Positions 13,628 through 22,100 of a stretch of DNA of 41,210 bases are shown in pieces. Positions within the stretch are counted from its first letter, which is position 1. Each line of letters starts with the position of its first letter. The position numbers and the translations under genes are program-made. The DNA is from Eubacteriales bacterium (GTDB lineage: Bacteria > Bacillota > Clostridia > Oscillospirales > CAG-272), in contig JAZORB010000025.1 of assembly GCA_045656385.1 (NCBI GenBank), positions 1 through 41,210 of the forward strand, in the 5' to 3' direction. Below the pieces are notes generated by a model, which made no database searches, was not told the origin of the DNA, and was given only the letters and a program-made list of their open reading frames with translations.

Positions 13628-14990
13628 TATCAATCTTCACATATCGCGGAAGCAACGCGCCTTCATAGGAGCAACGGCAACAGAGGTGTTATTTGGAGGA
13701 GCGGCAGGAGGCGGCAAATCCCACGGTCAGTTGATAGACGCGTTCCTATATGCTATGCGTTACCCTAAGAGCAAGCAGCTCATTCTAAGACGCACCTTTC
13801 CGGATCTGGAAAAGTCGCTGATTCGCTCCGCTTTAGGGCTTTATCCGCGCGATTTATTCACTTATAACGCAGGGAACCACGTCGGTCGGTTTATGAACGG
13901 CTCGTTAATAGACTTCGGATATTGCGCTACCGAGAACGATGTATACCAGTATCAAAGTGCGGAATATGATACGATCCGCTTTGACGAGCTGACGCACTTT
14001 ACTGAATTTCAGTACATCTATCTACTCTCCCGTCTGCGCGGTGTCAACAAATTTCCGAAGCAAATCAAGTCCTCTACGAACCCCGGCGGCGTTGGGCACA
14101 CGTGGGTAAAGGCACGCTTCATCGACCCGATGCCGCCGAACACCGTTTACACGGATACAAATGGAAACACCCGCGTGTTCATTCCCTCGCGCGTTGACGA
14201 CAACAAATACCTAATGGAAAGCAACCCCGAATATAAACGACAGCTCGAAGCTCTGCCCGAAATGCAAAGGCGTGCGCTCCTGCACGGTGATTGGGACATC
14301 TTTGAGGGTCAGTATTTCACGGAATGGGACCGAGAGACGATGGTGATCCAGCCCTTCCCGATACCGAAGGATTGGCGCGTGTATCAGGCGTTTGACTACG
14401 GTCTTGACCGCTTGGCGTGTCTGTGGATCGCCGTGGACTCTACAAGGACCTACTACGTCTTCCGTGAGGAGTGCGAAAGCAATCTGCCTATTTCAGAGGC
14501 GGCAAAGCGGATGCTCGATATCCCCGAAGGACAGCAGAAGCCCTACGTCACCCTTGCCCCGCCCGATATGTGGGGACGGTCGCAGGAGTCGGGCAAAAGC
14601 AAGGCTGATTTGTTCTACGAGGCGGGACTGCGCCTCACCAAGTCCTCGAACGACCGAGAGGCGGGCTTGCTTGCCATCAAGGAGTTGATGAAAAAGGACG
14701 TAAACGGCGAGTGCCGACTGAAGATATTCTCGACCTGCCCCGAGCTGATCAAGTGTCTGCCGATGCTGCAGATCGACCCGCGAAAGCCGACCGACTGTAT
14801 GACGCAGCCGCACGAGATCACGCACGCGCCCGACGCGCTGAGGTATGCCGCCGTTTATTGGTCACGCCCCGCCGAGGAGCAGGCAAAGGTCACGCGCCGC
14901 GCATGGACAGAAGATATGTGGCAGGACTACTACGCCGCCGATGAGGACGGCAAGAAATATTTGAAAAGGAAGTATGGTGAACCCCTATGA
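13620..14990 (+). CDS. terL: Terminase large subunit
   Basis: Walker A GGAAGGGKS, Walker B-like IRFDELTHF, C-terminal nuclease-like region. Confidence 0.9.
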   Translation: MTDINLHISRKQRAFIGATATEVLFGGAAGGGKSHGQLIDAFLYAMRYPKSKQLILRRTFPDLEKSLIRSALGLYPRDLFTYNAGNHVGRFMNGSLIDFGYCATENDVYQYQSAEYDTIRFDELTHFTEFQYIYLLSRLRGVNKFPKQIKSSTNPGGVGHTWVKARFIDPMPPNTVYTDTNGNTRVFIPSRVDDNKYLMESNPEYKRQLEALPEMQRRALLHGDWDIFEGQYFTEWDRETMVIQPFPIPKDWRVYQAFDYGLDRLACLWIAVDSTRTYYVFREECESNLPISEAAKRMLDIPEGQQKPYVTLAPPDMWGRSQESGKSKADLFYEAGLRLTKSSNDREAGLLAIKELMKKDVNGECRLKIFSTCPELIKCLPMLQIDPRKPTDCMTQPHEITHAPDALRYAAVYWSRPAEEQAKVTRRAWTEDMWQDYYAADEDGKKYLKRKYGEPL

Positions 14991-16948
14991 TGATTCGAGG
15001 AAAAAAGATAGACTATTTCAAGGAGCTTCTCGACAGCACCAAGAACGCTCTGACAGTTACCTTCGCACAGATGGAGAAAAACTACAGGCAGTACGACGGA
15101 GATGACGAAATAGACGGCAGCACTCAGCCCGCCTCGCACACGTGGAATATCACGCGCGAGCTGATCGAGGCGAAGGTGAACACGACGATCCCCGCGCCGA
15201 GAGTGCGGCCGCGGCGGCTGACCGTTAAAACCGACAGAAACGCAAGAAGCGTGGAGATGCTCTGTAACGCCCTGCTTGACGTTCTCCCCGTTGAGGAGAT
15301 GAATGACCTCGACGAGAGGTATACCTATATATTCGGCGGATCTGCGTGGCTCGTGGAGTGGGATGAGAGTAAGAGGACGCACGACAGCGTCGGCGACATC
15401 TCGGTGACTCTTCTGAATCCGCAACACGTTTATCCTCAGCCTAACTGCTACCGCGTTGAGGATATGCAATACATTTTCATCCGCTTTGACACCGTGCGCG
15501 AGGAGCTGGTGCGGCGCTACGGCGTTTCCTACGAGGACGCCGTCACCTCTGCCGGGGCTGAGACCGATCTTGAGCATCCCGACGGCGAGGACTCCGTGAC
15601 CGTCTACGTATGCTATTATAAAGACGAGGATGACACCGTGTGTATGTTCGCGTGGTCGGACGACCTCGTTCTTGCCGATTACACCGACTACTACGCACGC
15701 AAGAGACGCTACTGCACGGTCTGCGGGAAGCGCGAGGAGCTGTGCACCTGCGAGAAGCCGAAAATTGAGCTTGCAAGCGACGAATACGAGGAGCTGAAGG
15801 AAAACATACAGCTTCAGCATTCCGCGCGTATACCCGATCCTATGACGGGTCAGGTGCGGGAGATCTTCGAGACCATCCCCGCCGAAACGCCCGTCCTTAA
15901 CGCGGACGGCACGCGGCGACAGAAGAAGGTAACGGTGGACGTCCACGTTCTTGATGAACAAGAACAGCCTATCCTCGGCGACGACGGACTCCCGCTTGTG
16001 ACGAAAGAAGAGCAGATGCAGGACGCGATGGAGCCGACAAGACTCCCTTACTACAAGCCGAAGTCCTTCCCCGTCATCATCCGAAAGAACATCAGCCGAG
16101 ACAAGTGCCTGCTCGGTGCGTCCGACTGTGCCGCCATCCGAGAACAGCAGCAGACGGTCAACAAGCTGAAGAGCCGCGTCTTGGAGAAGCTGATGCGCTC
16201 CAGCGTCACCCCCGTAATGCCCGAGGACGCGTCCGTCGCCATCAATAATCAGGTGTTCGGCAACGTCATCCGCCTGCGCCCCGGGGAAAACAAGGGTCTG
16301 TACGGTGTGATCGACACCAGCGTTGACGTGTCCGTTGAGCAGATGCAGATGAACGTTGAATACGATAACGCAAAGCGCATCCTCGGCATCTCTGACTCCT
16401 ATCAGGGTCAGGACAGCACCGCGTCCAAGTCGGGATACGCAAAGCAGATCGAGGTCGCGCAGAGCGTGGGTCGCCTTGATTCCACCCGCGTGATGAAGAA
16501 CGCCGCATGGGCGAACATCTTCCGCTCTATCTTCGAGCTGTGCCTTGCCTACGCCGACGAGCCGCGCCCGATCGCGTACAAGGACGAATACGGCAAGCTT
16601 CAGAACCTGACCTTCAACCGTTACGATTTCCTCGAAATGGACAAGGAAACACTGCAGTGGTACTACGACGATGCGTATATGTTCTCCGTTGACCTCTCCC
16701 GCGCGGATCAGCAGGACAAGGTCACGCAATGGCAGCAGCAGATGACCGACTACGCGAATGGTCTGTACGGTCAGCCCGGCACGACCGACGCGCTCCTTGA
16801 GCTGTGGACGATGAGAGAGCAGACGCACTACCCGCACGCGCGGGATATGGTGGAAAAGCTCCGCCGACAGAAGGACGCGGAGATCATAGCAATGCAGAAC
16901 GGAGGTGGCGTGAATGAAGAACCTGTACGACCTGACGGTCGAGAATAA
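14987..16948 (+). CDS. Portal protein (653 aa) with a 4-Cys insertion
   Basis: Position after TerL (ATGA overlap), size. No motif-level proof. Confidence 0.6.
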   Translation: MMIRGKKIDYFKELLDSTKNALTVTFAQMEKNYRQYDGDDEIDGSTQPASHTWNITRELIEAKVNTTIPAPRVRPRRLTVKTDRNARSVEMLCNALLDVLPVEEMNDLDERYTYIFGGSAWLVEWDESKRTHDSVGDISVTLLNPQHVYPQPNCYRVEDMQYIFIRFDTVREELVRRYGVSYEDAVTSAGAETDLEHPDGEDSVTVYVCYYKDEDDTVCMFAWSDDLVLADYTDYYARKRRYCTVCGKREELCTCEKPKIELASDEYEELKENIQLQHSARIPDPMTGQVREIFETIPAETPVLNADGTRRQKKVTVDVHVLDEQEQPILGDDGLPLVTKEEQMQDAMEPTRLPYYKPKSFPVIIRKNISRDKCLLGASDCAAIREQQQTVNKLKSRVLEKLMRSSVTPVMPEDASVAINNQVFGNVIRLRPGENKGLYGVIDTSVDVSVEQMQMNVEYDNAKRILGISDSYQGQDSTASKSGYAKQIEVAQSVGRLDSTRVMKNAAWANIFRSIFELCLAYADEPRPIAYKDEYGKLQNLTFNRYDFLEMDKETLQWYYDDAYMFSVDLSRADQQDKVTQWQQQMTDYANGLYGQPGTTDALLELWTMREQTHYPHARDMVEKLRRQKDAEIIAMQNGGGVNEEPVRPDGRE

Positions 16949-18620
16949 CGACAAGATCAACTCTCAGCTCTACGACGAGACGGGGATGGTCACCGTGCCC
17001 CTTTACGGTGCCGCCGCAGAGTCGGCTATGAGTGAATCGGAATACCTCGCCGCAACGGGCGGCACGAGTCACACGCTCTATAACCTCGAAGCGCAGAAGG
17101 ATCTGGACGCGCAGGTCGCAGGGCAAAGGGCGCAAGCGGGCACGCTTTACGAGCTGTCAAAGCCCACCTACGGTGTAAAGGGGAAGCAGCTCTACGACCT
17201 CGGCGCGAACAATTCGGGGTACGCAAAGTATCTCGGCAACGCGAATAAGAAGGCGCTGAAGCAGAACCTCTACGCCATCGACGAGGGCGAGAAGGCGGCA
17301 AAGCAAGAGATCGCGGTGAACACCGCACAACTGAAGGCGCAGAACATCTCCAACTACGCTCAGTACATCTCCAAGTACGGCACCGTCCTTGACGACTACG
17401 AAAGGTATGAAAGTGAGAATTACAGTCCCGCGCAGATCCAACAGAAGCTCCTGAAGGACGGCTACACCGCCGATCAGATCGGCGCGGTCGATAGGCTGAA
17501 GGCGGAGCGAGACCTCATTCCCGAGGGGCAAGCGCCGAACCGCGACGATATCCTTTACGCTCTGCAGGAGGGCACCGTCTCGAAGGAATGGGCAGAGGGT
17601 CAGCTCCTCAGCTCCTACCTACCGAGCGATACCGCGAAGGTCGCCGAGGACGTGAAAAACGGGCTGATCACCGAGGAGACCGCGAAGGCGTGGGCGCAGA
17701 GCACCCTCGATACATACGCCACTTCGGGCATACGCCTCCCCTACGCCAACGTTGACGCGTGGGTGAAGGAGGGAATCATCGACAAGGAGACCGCCGACGC
17801 TTATAAGAGGGAGACGAACGCGATCCGCTCCGATCTCGCGCAGAAGGCGTTTGACTCTCCCGCCGACCTCGACCGATTCCTCGACGCATGGGGCGGCTCG
17901 GATCTCGTCGATCAAGACGGCAACCCGATCTCGGACGGCGCGAAGAGCGCCTACGCACTCCAAAAGGTCGTTGACCTCGTGAACACGGGCGTTTTCGAGA
18001 GCAATGGCATCGGCAACAAGGACGCGATCGAAAAGACCTTCTCTGCCTACACCGAGAAGGTCAAGAACGCGAGCGAGACCGATGCCGAAACGATGCTTGC
18101 CGCGGCGAATGCGATCTACGAGGATGCGAAGGCGAACGGCGACCCGAATCTGGCGACGTTGAAGGACGCGGTCGGGGAGATGTTTGCGGCTGATGCTATG
18201 CAATCAACGCAGAACAGTTTCAGCGTTGGTGGAGAAGGTGGCTTCAGAGCGCTGGGAAACTGGGCGTCTGCGGCGCTGTATGGTAATGAAGCAGCTGGCA
18301 ATTCTGATTTCAAAGAAGCACACGAATCCGCAATCAAGAAATTCATAGAGGATCACGATATTTCTATCGTAAGAGTAAGCACTGGCGGGCAGTCGCGAAA
18401 CCCGAGCGATTACGGATTTGCGTACTATGTCAAGTATGATGGGAAGACCTACAAAGCTGGAGAAAACAAGCTTCTCGGAGACGATCAGGATTTTACAAAG
18501 GAAGAACTGGACGCGCTTGAATCTATCCTAAAAGGGATGAAGGGAGAGCGTTTTGTGTCTACGAGCACAGCCGCACCCGAGCACGCCGAGAAATATTTTG
18601 GAGACCTTTATGAAAAATAA
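16914..18620 (+). CDS. 568-aa Ala/Glu/Lys-rich helical virion-associated protein (function unknown)
   Basis: GGAGG RBS. Lies between the portal and the giant protein. Confidence 0.6.
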   Translation: MKNLYDLTVENNDKINSQLYDETGMVTVPLYGAAAESAMSESEYLAATGGTSHTLYNLEAQKDLDAQVAGQRAQAGTLYELSKPTYGVKGKQLYDLGANNSGYAKYLGNANKKALKQNLYAIDEGEKAAKQEIAVNTAQLKAQNISNYAQYISKYGTVLDDYERYESENYSPAQIQQKLLKDGYTADQIGAVDRLKAERDLIPEGQAPNRDDILYALQEGTVSKEWAEGQLLSSYLPSDTAKVAEDVKNGLITEETAKAWAQSTLDTYATSGIRLPYANVDAWVKEGIIDKETADAYKRETNAIRSDLAQKAFDSPADLDRFLDAWGGSDLVDQDGNPISDGAKSAYALQKVVDLVNTGVFESNGIGNKDAIEKTFSAYTEKVKNASETDAETMLAAANAIYEDAKANGDPNLATLKDAVGEMFAADAMQSTQNSFSVGGEGGFRALGNWASAALYGNEAAGNSDFKEAHESAIKKFIEDHDISIVRVSTGGQSRNPSDYGFAYYVKYDGKTYKAGENKLLGDDQDFTKEELDALESILKGMKGERFVSTSTAAPEHAEKYFGDLYEK

Positions 18621-18643
18621 AAGAGGGAGTCAATCTCCCTCTT
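18621..18643 (-). terminator. Hairpin AAGAGGGAG-tcaat-CTCCCTCTT with strong U-run on the minus strand
   Basis: The minus strand reads hairpin + TTTTATTTTTCA. On the plus strand the T-run is poor. Confidence 0.6.
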
Positions 18644-19076
18644 TCACCCATCTTGCGTAAAGGATCATATTTTCCTTGATATCGTCCACGGGCATAAACG
18701 GTTGCTTGTATTCCCGATCGTAAAACCAACCGATAAAACGGTAACCGTCTCGCTCAGGATTAGGGATTTCTCCCTCCTTCAAGACCATCACGACCTCGCT
18801 TTCCTCAGCAGTCGTGTCTGTCATTTGGAGTTTGACGAGGCATACCCTTTTCAACCCCTTTTTCTTCGGCTCGTCCTTCGGTCTTTGCTTGATCCATTTT
18901 ACGAGGACGACCGTAGCCGCGGTCACGATCGCAATGCCAAAAACAGTCCACCCAACGACATCGAATACCTTATCCCAAAGCTGATCGGGATGCAAGCCAA
19001 GCTTATCCCATCCCCATTGTTCAAAGGAATTCATGTCTTGAGGTGGGGTGTAAATATCTTCCCAATTTCTACTCAT
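18630..19076 (-). CDS. Opposite-strand moron: single-pass membrane protein with C-terminal Listeria-Bacteroides (Flg_new-type) repeat
   Basis: AAAGGAGG RBS before MSRNWEDIY. TM FGIAIVTAATVVLV. GYRFIGWFYD...NMILYARW. Confidence 0.7.
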   Translation of the reverse strand: MSRNWEDIYTPPQDMNSFEQWGWDKLGLHPDQLWDKVFDVVGWTVFGIAIVTAATVVLVKWIKQRPKDEPKKKGLKRVCLVKLQMTDTTAEESEVVMVLKEGEIPNPERDGYRFIGWFYDREYKQPFMPVDDIKENMILYARWVKEGD

Positions 19077-19098
19077 TTGAGCGCCTCCTTTTCGGAAG

Positions 19099-19127
19099 AT
19101 TATACACCAAAAAACTAAAACTGTCAA
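19099..19127 (-). promoter_or_regulatory. Consensus promoter for the moron
   Basis: TTGACA (19122-19127), 17 nt, TATAAT (19099-19104), on the minus strand. Confidence 0.65.
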
Positions 19128-19144
19128 TAGAAAGGTAAATATAA

Positions 19145-22100
19145 ATGAGCAGAAACTGGGAAAACATATACACCATCCACTACGACACCCCCACCACCGA
19201 GCTCTCCGCCGAGCAAAACAACGGCGGCTTCGGAGAGGGTCTTGTATACCTCGGGAAAGAATTCGTTGGAGGCGTCGGCTCTGTATTCGAGGGCATCGGC
19301 AACCTCTTCGACGCGATGGAATACAAGGACGACCCCGCTCGTCTGCAATACGAAATGAGCAGAAGCGAGCTTCAGCATTGGCTCCAGAACGAGCGTAATA
19401 AATTCAACCCGTCCGAAGGATGGGAATTCGCGGGCGGCGTGTCCGCAGGTCTCGGTCAGTCCGCGGTCTATATGGGGATTTCTGCCGCGACGTCGTTTAT
19501 ACCGGGCGTCGGTCCTGCGCTTGGCAAGGCACTTATCTTCGGTGCGGCGACCGCATCCGCGACGGGTAACGCGCTTGCGGGCAAGATCCAAGAGGGGCAC
19601 GAGCTGAACGGCAACCTTTGGGGCTACGCGCTCACCGTCGGTGTCACCGAGGGTGGCGTAGAGGTGCTGACGAATAACGCGGGCAAGGCGGCGTCGAGAA
19701 TCGTCGGCGGCGCCGCGAAGCAGTCGGTCAAGGCGGCGTCGGGCACCGTGCTCGGCAATTTCATCGTCAGGGGTCTCGCACGCGTCGGCTACGAGGGCGG
19801 CACGGAGGGTCTTGAGGAAGGCATCTCCTACATCGTTGACTACTATGCGCAGAAATGGTACGATATCAACCCGAACGCGCGATTCTCCTTCGGCGAGATG
19901 ATGTACAACGTCGCGGTCGGCGCGGTGTCGGGTGCCGTGATGTCGGGTGGTTCGAGCATCATCAGCGACTCGCGCTCCATTGCCGCGGGGCATATGGCGT
20001 TGAAGAAGGGCACGAGCGACAACATCGTAAGAGTCGCGGACAACTATCTCACGGACTTCACCCCCTCCAAGAATTCCAACGAATACCTCAACGGGCTGTA
20101 TAAGACCTACAACCGCTATCAGGCGTTGGAGAACAAGACGGGCACGGAGGCAAAGCTCCTGCTCGGTCAGATGAAGGCGTACAACGGCGTGATCGCGGTG
20201 TCTGACGGCGTTCTTGAGTCGAAGGCAGATATCCTCTTCTCAATGAACAGCGATCCGAACACCACCACGGCGCAGGTCAACGCCCTGATGAGCACCAATT
20301 ACACCGCCGAGGAGATCCAAAACAACAAGGATCACATCCTTGAATACGCCGCGTCCGCCGCATTTGCGAACAAATTCGTCACCCCGAAGCGCATTGAGGT
20401 CGCGCTGAACGAGGCATCGGAGCAGGCGAAGGAACACCCGATCGCCTTCGAGGGCAAGCTCCCCGAGATGAACAGCGGCGACGTTGCGTACTTCAACCTT
20501 GAAAACGGCGACGTTGCTTACGTCGCGAGAAGCGGCAATTCCTACCGCGTTGCGGTATCGGACTCAAGCGGAGAGTATGCAAAGCATACGAACTTTATGT
20601 CAAAGAAGGAAGCCCTTGCTACCCTGAAATCCACCGTCGCCAATTCGAAGAGCGCAACCGAATCGTCAACCAAATCGTCAACCGAATCTGCGGCTGATCA
20701 ATCCAAAGAGTCAACCAAAAAGCAGCCGAAGAAGACCACGAAAAAAGCCGCTGACAAAAAGATCGACGAAAAAGCGGACAAGAAGTCCGAAAAATCAAAG
20801 GAAAAAGCGGCTGATGTGAAGTCGGATGAGAAATCTGCCAAAAAGACCGAGGAAAAGCCGAAGTCCGAGAAAAAGGAAAAAGCCCCTGCCGAGAAGGCGG
20901 AGGCGAAAACCGAGGCTGAGGCTGAGGCGAAGAAAGCAGAGAAACCGCAGGACAAGCAACCGTCCTCTGCAAGCAAAAGCAAAGCCGCCTATATCCACGA
21001 CTTTTATGCCGCAGTACGTGGTGATAATGGCAAACCGCACAAAGCCCTCGTGCACGAAGGAAAGCGCATTGAGTACGGCGGCTATGTGTTCTACACCATC
21101 AGCAAGGGTAAAAAATTGGAGAATGCCCAAGTCACGGAGGAAAGAACAGGGCTTAACTGCGGAGAATTCGGAAAGCTCAAGGAGATGATTGACAAAGACC
21201 CCGAGCGCTTCCGCAAACTTGTGGAAAGCAAACCAGACGTCAATTCTTTGCCAAAAAGCACGAAAGAATCGGTTACGATCAGGCGCTCTCTTGATGACGA
21301 TATCGAGGCACGCCGTTCTCTCTCCGACTCCGATAAGTCCAAAATCCTCGACGCCGCATCGGGTGACGAAGCCGCCATCCAAGCAATTACCGAGAGCGAT
21401 ACGGAACTGAAAGATCTGATGCAAACGGACAGCGAATTGCAAGCGAGAAAGCGTGCCGCCAACGAGTACTACATATCCAACGAGGGCGAGAATACCACCG
21501 CGAAGGAAAACGCAACAGAGGCAAAAAATGAAGCCCTCGCGGCGATCGAGGAAAGCACCGACGAGGACGTATTCTCCGAGGATCTCACGGAGGACGTTGA
21601 GGGCACCGCAGAGACGGTGACCGAGGAAACGACCGAGGAAGCGACCGTCGATGAAGCGATCGAGGAGGAGACCGCGGAGGAATACCGAGACAACTACACC
21701 GCGGCGGAAAAGGAATTCGCGCGTAAGCTGATGAGCCGCCCGAAGAATTTTGACCTGTTGCCCTACGAGACGCGCAAGAATATCTTGGATATGGTGCGCT
21801 CGGCGAAGGGCGTGGACAAGGATTCGATCCAATACGCCGCCACGCTGATGGAGCGCCGCTTCGGTCTGCGGATCGAATTCGGCAATTACAAGAACAAGGG
21901 ACTGCACCTTCAAAGCGGCAATGGCCGCCGCCTGATGCTGGTGCGCTCCTCCGACGCAAATCACGCGCTGATCCACGAGCTGTGGCACGAGCTGTACGGG
22001 ACTGAGGCGGGACAGAAGATCGTCACCGACCTGAAGGGCAGCGAGATCGTCAAGGGCTACGAGGATGACTACGCCAAGCGCTACAAGCAGCATACGGGCA

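Noticed and set aside
14930-16960. 676-aa minus-strand ORF antisense to the portal gene. Similar giants lie at 20795..22753 (652 aa), 22829..25060 (743 aa), 27897..28988 (363 aa), 19124..19993 (289 aa) and 25673..26365.
   Set aside because: They lie exactly antisense to well-supported structural genes. Their Arg/Leu/Val/His-rich composition has no RBS or motif. Long antisense frames stay open because the sense strand rarely uses TTA/CTA/TCA codons. I treat them as compositional artefacts.
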